A stretch of DNA of 64,000 nucleotides, taken from the IMG/VR virus record IMGVR_UViG_3300028827_000100, positions 1-64,000 of that record. One strand, 5' to 3'. Position 1 is the stretch's first letter, and every line of letters begins with the position of its first letter. The notes beneath the pieces were generated by a model that did not search any database, was not told the origin of the DNA, and worked only from the letters and a program-made list of their open reading frames with translations. Both the position numbers and the translations under genes were made by a program. Source of the stretch: a virus. Below are positions 27,808-37,003 of the stretch, piece after piece.

Positions 27808-28164
27808 GTGTTTATGCCATACGGAAGAGAAGAAGGAAGAAGATGTATAGAAATGAGGATTGACGAGATACGTGATCCTGTTGACAGGACGGTTGTATAC
27901 GACGTTGAGGTTGCGATAGAGTTTTATCAGTATTATGATGAGTCAACAAGAGCATATGAGACTACAGGTGAAGAAATCATAGACCTTGTTGTGTATCGTT
28001 CTGTTTTCGACAGCGATTTTTACGAGACTATCCAGTATGACATGATTGCAATGAACGACTTTTTCTATGGGGATTCTCTGAACAAACGGGCAAAGGATAC
28101 AATACTCGACGCTATATGGCGTGAGTTTTCGGAAAAATGGTATATAGGGGGGGTGGAGTGTTAA
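27808..28164 (+). CDS. hypothetical protein
   Basis: AGGAGG RBS. Confidence 0.65.
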   Translation: MFMPYGREEGRRCIEMRIDEIRDPVDRTVVYDVEVAIEFYQYYDESTRAYETTGEEIIDLVVYRSVFDSDFYETIQYDMIAMNDFFYGDSLNKRAKDTILDAIWREFSEKWYIGGVEC

Positions 28165-28541
28165 TGGATGCAAGAAGCAGAGTTCTTATTGCAGGCAGGC
28201 TTGTAAGAATTGCACAGGAAATTCTGAATATGGAATCGGGAAGAAAAACGGGTGCAACAATTTCACAGATTGTGGAGGCGTTTGCTTCCGGCAAGCCTGC
28301 CCGGGGAAATTCATCCATGTATTCAACCGGAGACAAATTGTTTTCGTACTCAACTGTGTTGATGCAAAGGTTGAGTGATGGAACCGTGGTTGCAAATGTT
28401 ACAAGATATTCGGTTACAACATCACAACAGCGAAATAAGGCGTTGAGAATTATCCAGCCGGATATATGCGTTGACAACATTCCGAGAGGTGAGAGTGATT
28501 TGCAGGAGTATGTGAACACAAATTCAGTGAATTGTGGATAA
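28164..28541 (+). CDS. hypothetical protein
   Basis: N-terminal IAGRLVRIAQEIL; LFSYST, YSVTTSQ. Confidence 0.7.
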   Translation: MDARSRVLIAGRLVRIAQEILNMESGRKTGATISQIVEAFASGKPARGNSSMYSTGDKLFSYSTVLMQRLSDGTVVANVTRYSVTTSQQRNKALRIIQPDICVDNIPRGESDLQEYVNTNSVNCG

Positions 28542-28758
28542 TATCATGCCAAGGTCGAGAGTCAAGGATTATATATTTGACGCAAACAGGCTTATTGACG
28601 AGATAAGGGAAACAAAAAAACTTGGTACAGACGAGATGTACCTTGACGAACTTGAGGATTTGCTGAACAGGATATATTCAACGTACAACTCAATAGAGAA
28701 AAGCATTGATGACATTAGGAGTATACTGAACTCGATAGACAGGAAGTTGATGAAATGA
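28534..28758 (+). CDS. small coiled-coil protein
   Basis: overlaps neighbours. Confidence 0.6.
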   Translation: MDNIMPRSRVKDYIFDANRLIDEIRETKKLGTDEMYLDELEDLLNRIYSTYNSIEKSIDDIRSILNSIDRKLMK

Positions 28759-29222
28759 AGAAGTCGGAAGTTGTGAAACAGTGTAGAACGATGATGGTGT
28801 TTTCTGCACGACCCGGAGAGAAGCAGGTATTTTGTCCACTTTGCAGAAAGTGGAAGTTTGAGAGTCAATTGTGTGAATATTCTCCGGTTGGAAAGAATCT
28901 TGAGGAGATGGTGAAGGATGCGGAAAAGGAAAAGGAAAGGGAAAGGAAGAGAGTTAACGGGCAGAGATTTCATGGCGACGGTTTAAATCAGGTAAGGGTG
29001 AAGGAAAATATTGAAAGGGTCGGCAATGCCATTGAGAAAGGTGAAGGTCTGTTTTTTGTATATGTGGATTCAAAAGGTGAAGTGAGCGAGAGGGTTGTTG
29101 TCCCGGTTGAGGTACAGGGGTATACGGTTCTGGCGAAGTATAACGGGGAATGGAGAAGGTTTTATCTTGACAGAATGTATGCTGTTCGAGAAAGGAAGAT
29201 TGTGGAGGAGGAAAAGGAATGA
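28755..29222 (+). CDS. Zn-finger + WYL-like domain protein
   Basis: CPLC N-terminal; AI......F.Y.DSKGEVSER.V.P......WRRFYLDRM. Confidence 0.75.
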   Translation: MKKSEVVKQCRTMMVFSARPGEKQVFCPLCRKWKFESQLCEYSPVGKNLEEMVKDAEKEKERERKRVNGQRFHGDGLNQVRVKENIERVGNAIEKGEGLFFVYVDSKGEVSERVVVPVEVQGYTVLAKYNGEWRRFYLDRMYAVRERKIVEEEKE

Positions 29223-29695
29223 GCAGGTCACTCAATTTATTGCATCCGCTTTTGCTTGACAAGTTTTTCGAGTTTAAGAAGGCAATGTCTGAAGCAGGTC
29301 TCGATTTCATCGTTACGTGTACCGGACGTTCGATACTTGAACAGATTGCTCTGTATGCACAGGGAAGAATGGATATATTTGACGTGAACAAGTTGAGAGA
29401 CGTTGCCGGACTTCCAGCAATTGGTTCGGAGTACAACAAAAAAGTTACATGGACTCTAAACTCACGCCACGTGATAAATATGTTTGATTCTGATTTAAAC
29501 AACGACTATTCAAGAGCATTTGACATTGCTCTTGAAAAATATTCGAGACCGCATTGGAATTTGAAAGTAGACGTAAACGAAAATGAGATACCGGATTACG
29601 AAGAGGCCGGAAGGATAGGAGAGAGTGTTGGTCTTGAGTGGGGTGGCAGGTGGAAACACAAGGATTATGTTCACTTTCAGTTGCCGGGGGTGTGA
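29219..29695 (+). CDS. endolysin, M15-family L-Ala-D-Glu peptidase
   Basis: GRS..Q..LYAQGR, SRH, AFD, LEWGGRW..KDYVHFQ. Confidence 0.9.
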   Translation: MSRSLNLLHPLLLDKFFEFKKAMSEAGLDFIVTCTGRSILEQIALYAQGRMDIFDVNKLRDVAGLPAIGSEYNKKVTWTLNSRHVINMFDSDLNNDYSRAFDIALEKYSRPHWNLKVDVNENEIPDYEEAGRIGESVGLEWGGRWKHKDYVHFQLPGV

Positions 29696-29698
29696 GAA

Positions 29699-30064
29699 AT
29701 GTATGCACAGTATATAGCAATAGGGTTTGTATTTATAGTTGGACTTGTGTGCTTTGTAACAGGTATGCTTGCCGGTTCAAAGCAGAAAGTCAATCCGTGG
29801 ACTCTGTTTTGTGAAAAGGGAAAGAATGATGGAAGGCTCTCGATAACAAGGGTCGTTATAATCACAATACTTGTGTGGTTTCTGTATGAAGCGGATAAAA
29901 TCATCAACGCTACAATGGATACGATTAAGGCAGGTGGCAACATAGTTGTGCCGGATTTTCCAGAGGGTCTTGTGTGGCTGATTTGTGTAATATACGGGGT
30001 TAACAAGGGAGCACCTGTTTTTGAAAATATTGCTGAAAAGATGGGAAGGAAACATGGGGGTTAG
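29699..30064 (+). CDS. putative holin (3 TM segments)
   Basis: hydrophobic segments; directly downstream of endolysin. Confidence 0.6.
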   Translation: MYAQYIAIGFVFIVGLVCFVTGMLAGSKQKVNPWTLFCEKGKNDGRLSITRVVIITILVWFLYEADKIINATMDTIKAGGNIVVPDFPEGLVWLICVIYGVNKGAPVFENIAEKMGRKHGG

Positions 30065-30593
30065 AATGGAAGAGCTTTCTATACAGGTATCGTCCCTAAA
30101 GACGAGTGTTGACCACATAGCAAAGGCGATAGACGAGCTGAAAAAGAGCCACGAGACAATTGTTGCCACACTTTCAAAGCTCGATGCCATGAACGAGAAG
30201 TTCAGAGCCAACGACGATTCGCACAGAATGATATGGGAATCCATACACTCTCTCGAAAAACTTGTTCGGGATGAAATCAAAAGCCTGTCTGCTTTTAGAC
30301 GTGACCAGTGCATGGATTGTATAGACAGGCTTTCGAGCATAGAAAGATTTGTAGAGGGGAGGGCCGAACCTTTTTTCGACATGGTTGATTCTCTCGAAGA
30401 CAATCACGGTATAGATTTGAAATCTATCATGATGTGGGTTGCGTCTGTAAGGAAAAACATAACTGGGGTAGTTAAGCCGCTGGTTGTATGGTTTATCATT
30501 GCTGTGACTGGTTTCATGCTTTTCATGTATGCAACTCACTACCCCTTTTCAAAATCGGATAAGAGCAAGCCACAGATTACAACGACCGAGTAG
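30054..30593 (+). CDS. coiled-coil protein with C-terminal TM (lysis-associated)
   Basis: heptads then PLVVWFIIAVTGFMLFMYA. Confidence 0.6.
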   Translation: MGVRMEELSIQVSSLKTSVDHIAKAIDELKKSHETIVATLSKLDAMNEKFRANDDSHRMIWESIHSLEKLVRDEIKSLSAFRRDQCMDCIDRLSSIERFVEGRAEPFFDMVDSLEDNHGIDLKSIMMWVASVRKNITGVVKPLVVWFIIAVTGFMLFMYATHYPFSKSDKSKPQITTTE

Positions 30594-30725
30594 GGGGTTG
30601 TATGTCCTGTTACAACGTGTATATGTACATTGCCTTTGTAATTATAGCCGTGTCTATCTGGAAGATATGTTCGCATATAAGATTTTTTGTAAGGCACGGG
30701 ACAAAAAAGAAAGGGTGGTGGAAAC

Positions 30726-31142
30726 GTGATGTCGATGTTGATGAAATTGGCAGGTAGTGTTGCAGGATACAAAATGTACATAGCAGTTGCAGTTGCCGCA
30801 TTTCTGGTCGGGGCTGGCGGCGGCAGTTGCACGATGTCAAAAATAAAAAATATAGAGATAGAGAAGGGGAAAGTGGAGATAGAAAAACTTGGCGCAAAGG
30901 TTGAGAGGCTTGAAAACGAGAACAAAAGTATAAAAGATGCACTTGCAGGGTGTGACCTTGAAAAGAAGACAATTATTGATTCCTGTGACACAAGGGCAGA
31001 AAAATACAGGGTGATGGTTGAAAGGTTGAGAAAAATATGTTTCGCCGAAAACGGCAATGGAGGAGAACATGAAACGATTGGTGATACCGGCAATAGCACT
31101 ATTAACAATCTTCTTAACAGCATGTTCCCTGTGCAAAAGTGA
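30726..31142 (+). CDS. i-spanin (Rz-like)
   Basis: N-terminal TM plus coiled coil; overlapped by lipoprotein gene. Confidence 0.7.
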   Translation: MMSMLMKLAGSVAGYKMYIAVAVAAFLVGAGGGSCTMSKIKNIEIEKGKVEIEKLGAKVERLENENKSIKDALAGCDLEKKTIIDSCDTRAEKYRVMVERLRKICFAENGNGGEHETIGDTGNSTINNLLNSMFPVQK

Positions 31143-31395
31143 AGTAAGGACTGAAATAAAATACATAACACCTGAAATTCCGTCTATACCTGAAAGTCCT
31201 ACATATGAGCCGGTTACTTTCAGGGAGTATTCGATTGACGGGGTTACGTATCAGATGCTTGATACTGAAAACGCAAGAGCACTCTTGTTTAATGTTGAAT
31301 TGATGAAAGGACAAATTGAACAGCTCAAGCAGATTATATTCCAGATAGAGCAAACTGTTAGCACAGGGGAGGGTGGAGAAGATGGTACACGCTGA
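31069..31395 (+). CDS. o-spanin (Rz1-like lipoprotein)
   Basis: MKRL..hydrophobic..LTAC lipobox; Pro-rich; GGAGGAG RBS. Confidence 0.75.
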   Translation: MKRLVIPAIALLTIFLTACSLCKSEVRTEIKYITPEIPSIPESPTYEPVTFREYSIDGVTYQMLDTENARALLFNVELMKGQIEQLKQIIFQIEQTVSTGEGGEDGTR

Positions 31396-31759
31396 ATACC
31401 CGTCTTATTCCGACAATGGTATACATGCGACCATAGACCTCTTTGGATGTGATATGGAACAGATAGAAAATCCGAAGTACGTGATGAAAATTCTCAAAGG
31501 AGCGTCGGAGAAGGCGGGGGCGAAAATACTTGGGGAGATGGAACACAAGTTCAAACCGATGGGTTACACGGCCATTTTGATGTTGAGTGAGTCACATATA
31601 TCCATCCACACCTTTCCCGAAAGGGGGAGTTGTTCGATAGATGTATATGTGTGCTCTATCATGAAAAAAATGGATTTGCAGAAAGCAATAGAATATATCT
31701 GCAAAGCATTTATTCACAGCTACAAGCAGGTAAATACTTATGTAAGAGGGATAAGATAA
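31382..31759 (+). CDS. speD: S-adenosylmethionine decarboxylase proenzyme
   Basis: H...DL.GC, F.P.G.T...L.ESH.SIHT.PE, D.YVC. Confidence 0.92.
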   Translation: MVHAEYPSYSDNGIHATIDLFGCDMEQIENPKYVMKILKGASEKAGAKILGEMEHKFKPMGYTAILMLSESHISIHTFPERGSCSIDVYVCSIMKKMDLQKAIEYICKAFIHSYKQVNTYVRGIR

Positions 31760-31772
31760 AGAGGAGGTCGGT

Positions 31773-32081
31773 ATGGGCAGAAAGAAAAAGAGAGAGCACG
31801 AAGAAGACAGGTCAAAAAGAGAAGAAAAAAGTTTGAAGAAGAGAATAGAGTCTTTCTTCAGGGCGTGTGAGAAACTTGAAGACGTAAACAGTATCCGCAT
31901 CTATGACAAGAGTGGAACTGGAGAAAAGATGCTGTTTGTTGTTGACAGCAAACTTTCAAGGCAATCCGGGGTCAGCGAGTTGATTAAGAATGAATTTGCT
32001 GATTCTTCATGCAAAATTGTGTATGTCAGGTTGCCGGAAAAATTAAAGCCTGAAACAAAATTTGAATATGTAGTGGGGTGA
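31773..32081 (+). CDS. hypothetical protein
   Basis: GAGGAGG RBS. Confidence 0.65.
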   Translation: MGRKKKREHEEDRSKREEKSLKKRIESFFRACEKLEDVNSIRIYDKSGTGEKMLFVVDSKLSRQSGVSELIKNEFADSSCKIVYVRLPEKLKPETKFEYVVG

Positions 32082-32082
32082 C

Positions 32083-32445
32083 ATGATGGAAAAAATAGCA
32101 GTTGTAAAGAAGTGCAAGGAAAAAGACAGAAGAAATGCTGATGACGTGTGGTGTGTATACTCACACGACGAAAGCAGATTGCTTGGAAGGTACAAAACTA
32201 AAAGCGAAGCAAATAAAAGACTTCAGCAGGTTGAATATTTCAAACAGAAAGGAAGGATTGAACCTGTACACAACGAGCTTGGCGACCTGTTTTATGCTCT
32301 CGATTCACTTGCCACCATACTTGAAACAATAGACCTTGATGAAACAACAGTGCAAAGATACCCAAGTCAGATAGATGCGGCGACATGGCACTTGCTTGAA
32401 GCGGGACGTATTCTGTACGGCATTATGCCGGAGAACGTATCTTGA
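32083..32445 (+). CDS. hypothetical phage protein
   Basis: WCVYS....LLG.YKTK.EA.KRL.QVEYFK motif common in phage head-region proteins. Confidence 0.7.
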   Translation: MMEKIAVVKKCKEKDRRNADDVWCVYSHDESRLLGRYKTKSEANKRLQQVEYFKQKGRIEPVHNELGDLFYALDSLATILETIDLDETTVQRYPSQIDAATWHLLEAGRILYGIMPENVS

Positions 32446-32457
32446 CGGGGGTGTGAA

Positions 32458-33015
32458 ATGTATGGAGTTGGACACTACAGCAATTATGAATATGAGGCAA
32501 TAAGGCTTATACCCGGCGATGTTGTTCTTGCAAAGAAGCATGGGAATGTGGTGTCAGAAATTATAAGTGGATATAAAACTTCAAAATTTTCACACGTTAT
32601 GCCGGTTCTCGACTCGAACAGACTTGTAAGTGCGGAGTGGCCGAGGGTTGTATTCAGAAGTATATACGACTTTTGCAACGAAGACTACAGAATAAAGATA
32701 ATTAGACCGACTGTTGAATTGACACGTGAAGATGTCAGAAAGTGGTGTGCGGCTGGCGAAGAAGCTGTAAATAAAAAATATGATTTGTATTCATTCATAG
32801 GTCACATACTGAATAAGGTTGGTTTTCAGAAGAACAGCATGTTCAACTGTGCGGAAGTGACGTTGAGGTGCTTCAACTCGATTAACAGATATGTAAGCAT
32901 ACCTTTTGATTTTGTCAGCCCGCACACTTTTGAGGTGATGTCTTATACCAACGATTTTATTACGGTTTTCAGTGCCGATGTTATGTCGGCAAGTTTCAGA
33001 AAGATATTTGTTTAA
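32458..33015 (+). CDS. permuted papain-like NlpC/P60 (YiiX/YebB-like) enzyme
   Basis: PGDVVL, S.FSHV (His before Cys), KKYD, FNCAEV. Confidence 0.75.
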   Translation: MYGVGHYSNYEYEAIRLIPGDVVLAKKHGNVVSEIISGYKTSKFSHVMPVLDSNRLVSAEWPRVVFRSIYDFCNEDYRIKIIRPTVELTREDVRKWCAAGEEAVNKKYDLYSFIGHILNKVGFQKNSMFNCAEVTLRCFNSINRYVSIPFDFVSPHTFEVMSYTNDFITVFSADVMSASFRKIFV

Positions 33016-33026
33016 GGGGGTGTGGT

Positions 33027-33320
33027 ATGGACAGGTTGCTGAAATATATCCCTGCAACAATAATGATATTGAGTTCTGTTATAGGTGTTGTTATATACAT
33101 GGAAAACAACTATGCAAAAGCAGAGGATGTTCAGAGGGTGGAGCAAAGGCTCGACCAGAAAATACTTGAAGACAGATATTGGCAGATACAGAGCAGGATA
33201 TGGAGAATAGAGGACAGGCTCGAAAAGAGCAAAGACCCTGTTCTCAAAAAGGAATTGCGGGAACTTGAAGAAGAAAAAGAGATGATAAAGGGGAAACTTG
33301 ACAGGATAGGGAATGAGTGA
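33027..33320 (+). CDS. membrane-anchored coiled-coil protein
   Basis: N-terminal TM plus heptads. Confidence 0.65.
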   Translation: MDRLLKYIPATIMILSSVIGVVIYMENNYAKAEDVQRVEQRLDQKILEDRYWQIQSRIWRIEDRLEKSKDPVLKKELRELEEEKEMIKGKLDRIGNE

Positions 33321-33433
33321 ATGTTATTACAATCCACTCATAGCGGTAAAAATTGTAGATGGTATATGTTTCAGTTATATATCCACAATTGAGCTTTGTG
33401 ACAGATGTCCATACAAACCTATTGGAGGTGTGA

Positions 33434-33682
33434 ATGTTCAGGGCAAAAGTCTTTAGGGGGCCGACAGAAGGTTTTTTATATACCGGGGATGAGCACACAA
33501 ACATTCCGCTACAGCATGGAAAAATTTTTGTTGGAAGTGTTGACAATCTTGCTGTTGGAGTTGTTGTAAGCGGCGATATAACAATAGACGATGCGGGCGT
33601 TTCAGCTTTTACACAGCAGGCCGAAGATAAAATAGGCCAGTATGCAGAAAACAACATTTTACCTTTGGTGGTGGCGTTATGA
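33434..33682 (+). CDS. putative virion protein
   Basis: GKIFVG...N....VVSGDITI...GV fibre-like repeat. Confidence 0.55.
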   Translation: MFRAKVFRGPTEGFLYTGDEHTNIPLQHGKIFVGSVDNLAVGVVVSGDITIDDAGVSAFTQQAEDKIGQYAENNILPLVVAL

Positions 33683-34632
33683 AATTTTTGGTTGGAGTTG
33701 ATATAGGGAATTATTCGTTTAATGTTGCAACAAAGACGATAACGTTCAGTAATCTCCCCGATCTTGTTTCGCAGGAACAGATACTTCTCGTTACCAACGT
33801 GAAGACCGGTACTGTGATTTATCAGTTCAATTCATATGATTTAGGTGGTACTTTTTCCGGTGGAGTTTTGACGTTGCGTACAGACCTTTCCGGGATGACT
33901 GATACAGACCCATTGCAGATATTTATTGAATATCCACACCCTATGAACGTGGAGAGTTTGCTTCGCAAAGGTGTGGCAGGTGGTGAACGTTCAAGATTTG
34001 ATACATCGCACGTATACAATCCAGAAACTTTCTTTCCACGCAATCATATGTTCAATATAAATACAAGAGAAATATTGAACAATACGCAACAGTATCCAAC
34101 TTTGCCGCTTGAATGGGTTGACCTGAATTGGATTACAGATTATCCAACTTCTGTAGTTGGAAACGGGAACAACAACGATTATCCGGACGGATTCAACGTT
34201 TTGTTTTATCACAATCCTACAATGACGAATGAAAGCGGATTTTATGTATATCCAAAACAGAACAGAACTCTGTATATTAAGGAAATTCACGTCATGTGCG
34301 AAGTTGCAAACAGAACAGATGTTAGCAAACCTATTGATAAAAATGGACAGGTAATGATATGGTCGCATTCTGGTTCTGAATATTGCAGAGCACGGACGAT
34401 AAGCGACCTCACCACAATAGCAGACTTTTCTTTTGTCAGGCCGTCATTGTTCAATCCGAATATGTGGACATACAAATACATAGTCAGGTCTGAACCGCCC
34501 GGCAGAATTGTAGGTGACAGCGGGGATTATTTTCAGATAAAGATGTCGGGTGATTCATTCCCGGACAACGACTACATGACAAGTTTGTATTTCTTTTTCA
34601 AGATGTGGGAACTTCACACGGACAAGGAGTAA
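33679..34632 (+). CDS. putative virion structural protein
   Basis: Y.FN...KTITF..ILLVTNV....IYQF N-terminal domain seen in phage fibre-associated proteins. Confidence 0.6.
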   Translation: MKFLVGVDIGNYSFNVATKTITFSNLPDLVSQEQILLVTNVKTGTVIYQFNSYDLGGTFSGGVLTLRTDLSGMTDTDPLQIFIEYPHPMNVESLLRKGVAGGERSRFDTSHVYNPETFFPRNHMFNINTREILNNTQQYPTLPLEWVDLNWITDYPTSVVGNGNNNDYPDGFNVLFYHNPTMTNESGFYVYPKQNRTLYIKEIHVMCEVANRTDVSKPIDKNGQVMIWSHSGSEYCRARTISDLTTIADFSFVRPSLFNPNMWTYKYIVRSEPPGRIVGDSGDYFQIKMSGDSFPDNDYMTSLYFFFKMWELHTDKE

Positions 34633-34643
34633 GGAGAGTACAA

Positions 34644-35609
34644 ATGATAGAGACTTCAACGTATGCTGAAATCAAGGAGATAATAATATCGAGGCATATT
34701 TACCCTGTTATAGTTGAGTATGAGAATTATGTTGTTATTATAGCGTCGGATGGAGTTGTTGATGCGAGATATAACATTCTAAAGAAATCCGCAGAGTTTG
34801 CGGATTTGATAGCAGACAACTGGAAAACGGTCAGAAGGTCTGTATTAAGTTCCGGCAACAGAGTTATAACAAACATAACAAGAGATACGAGAGAGCCTGT
34901 CTGTGGTCTTTCAGCCCAACCGCACCTCGACAAAACGATAACAAATGTCACGTTTGATTCTATTGAATTTACAACATCGCCGTTGGTGAATGAATCTTTA
35001 ACAGCGGCGGTTGCAGAAAATACATTCAGTATACCTGTTGGTTCTTCCGTAAACTTTACTGTTGGAATGAGAGTTGTTGTAGAAGAGGCTGGAAAGCAAT
35101 TGTCTATAGGTATAGTTGAAAGTATACCGGACGGTACTACTGTTAACATAGTTCCCGGAACTAAAGATGCGTATACAACATCTGCCTTGTTGAGGCAATG
35201 CGTGAAAGGCAGGCAGGTGTATGTCAATTATGGAAATTCGTTAAGTAAATTCAGGGTGACGGTGTGCACGCCTACAAGTATAACAGTTGACAACAGGGGT
35301 ATAGATTTGACTTCGGTAACACAGACAGGAAATACAATCAGATTTAACGAAGAAGAACTGAAACTTGGTTCGATAACTATGGGAGGGTTTAACGACGCTT
35401 CATATGTTCTCGATGTGGTTTCGCAGGAGTTTTATGGAGACCTGAACAGATATATAATTTTTGAGAACTGGGGAAAGAGCCTTCCACAGGTTCATGGCGA
35501 AGCGTCAGTTATTGGGGCAAATTACGGATATTTTCTTGGCAGTGCTTACGATTTCAAACAGAAAGTGCCGGAAATATCGATGAGTCTTCTTGGGGAAATC
35601 TGGAGTTAG
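34644..35609 (+). CDS. putative virion structural protein
   Basis: beta-rich, T/V/S-rich. Confidence 0.55.
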   Translation: MIETSTYAEIKEIIISRHIYPVIVEYENYVVIIASDGVVDARYNILKKSAEFADLIADNWKTVRRSVLSSGNRVITNITRDTREPVCGLSAQPHLDKTITNVTFDSIEFTTSPLVNESLTAAVAENTFSIPVGSSVNFTVGMRVVVEEAGKQLSIGIVESIPDGTTVNIVPGTKDAYTTSALLRQCVKGRQVYVNYGNSLSKFRVTVCTPTSITVDNRGIDLTSVTQTGNTIRFNEEELKLGSITMGGFNDASYVLDVVSQEFYGDLNRYIIFENWGKSLPQVHGEASVIGANYGYFLGSAYDFKQKVPEISMSLLGEIWS

Positions 35610-35616
35610 GAGGTAA

Positions 35617-36363
35617 TTGATGGCAGATGGAGAAATAGTATATCCAGTTGACTATACAACTTTATTGAAAAACAGGAGGCTGGCAAACGCTCCCCTGAAT
35701 TGTGTTGAATATGAAAAGACGGTTGAACTGCATGTTCCTACTGAATATGGAATATATGAAACAATACTGAAAAAGGACAGTGGGAATCAGGACTATCAGG
35801 ATTTTATCAATAACAGGAAGCAGTATTGCAACAGTCTCGAAGCAATAGCGTTGAGAGACCACAGGGTCGTGACGCACAATTTTGCAGACAGTTCGACGTG
35901 GATAAACGGAGCTGGAGACAGCACGTTTACAATCGCACCCGAAGATGGAAAAGTTTTTATAGTCACTTTCATGATGATAAGGTTTCCAAAGAAGCTGAAA
36001 CTCGAAAGCACCAACAGGTTGACATTCAAGGTGTGGCTGTCGCCCGATGGTATAAGTGCTCCAGTTCCAGTAATAAATCTTCAGTATGGTTCTTTGAAAG
36101 AATTGAGAAAGAAAAGCAACACACCAACATTTATACCCCCGGATATAGTTGAAGATATGGGGAGTGATAAAATGATAGAGATGATTTTTCACTATGCGGA
36201 CAACGATACACTGAAAGGGTCTCCAATAAGATTGCACAGCTCCCTGAATGAAAAGATAGAAATATATCTTGAAGCGCATCAGCCAGTAAAAGACATATCG
36301 GGTGGTTCGATAACGGATGACTGCATAGCAGTTGCAAACGGAAAGCAGGTAATAGAATTTTAG
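35617..36363 (+). CDS. putative virion protein
   Basis: AGGAGGT RBS; in structural cluster. Confidence 0.55.
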   Translation: MMADGEIVYPVDYTTLLKNRRLANAPLNCVEYEKTVELHVPTEYGIYETILKKDSGNQDYQDFINNRKQYCNSLEAIALRDHRVVTHNFADSSTWINGAGDSTFTIAPEDGKVFIVTFMMIRFPKKLKLESTNRLTFKVWLSPDGISAPVPVINLQYGSLKELRKKSNTPTFIPPDIVEDMGSDKMIEMIFHYADNDTLKGSPIRLHSSLNEKIEIYLEAHQPVKDISGGSITDDCIAVANGKQVIEF

Positions 36364-36372
36364 GAGGGTTGT

Positions 36373-36693
36373 ATGAGAAAGATGATAATGACCGGAGTTA
36401 GCGGTGGTCTTGAAAGACTGTCTCCGGGCGAAGAAGTGGCAATAAGGCCGAGAGAGCCATATACACTTTACAAGCTCACAAACATCGGCCACTCCGGCGA
36501 CGTCGAGATAATAACTACAAATGGAGATGTTGAAGTAAAGATGGATAAGGATGATGGTGAGGGTTCGTGGATAGGTTATCCGTTTTATTCAACAGAAAAC
36601 AGGTATTACAAAATCAGAAATGTTGACAGTGGAGATATAAACATTTCATACGAAATAGAAATATATCAGATAATAGACTACAGGACGACATAA
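36373..36693 (+). CDS. hypothetical protein
   Basis: RBS and ORF. Confidence 0.6.
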   Translation: MRKMIMTGVSGGLERLSPGEEVAIRPREPYTLYKLTNIGHSGDVEIITTNGDVEVKMDKDDGEGSWIGYPFYSTENRYYKIRNVDSGDINISYEIEIYQIIDYRTT

Positions 36694-36703
36694 GGAGGTA
36701 AGG

Positions 36704-37003
36704 ATGCCACTTATTACACAGCATACGGAAACGATTACAACTGAAAAGAAAATAGTAATGACAATAGTTAATACGGAAGACAGAGCGGTTGAATATCATA
36801 TTAGAACGATAAAAAAAGATACAGCCGGCAATACCATAAGCACAAGCATGAGTGTTGTGCGGGTTGAAAGAGGTGATTTTGAAGACCTTGCGAAACAACT
36901 CCCGGTTGATGTCGATGGGAATCAATTGACAAACGCAAAGCCAATATACGACAACGTTGCAGACATATCGTACCGATGGTTGCAGGAGAGGGGATTGATA
37001 TGA
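36704..37003 (+). CDS. hypothetical protein
   Basis: AAGGAGGT RBS. Confidence 0.65.
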   Translation: MPLITQHTETITTEKKIVMTIVNTEDRAVEYHIRTIKKDTAGNTISTSMSVVRVERGDFEDLAKQLPVDVDGNQLTNAKPIYDNVADISYRWLQERGLI

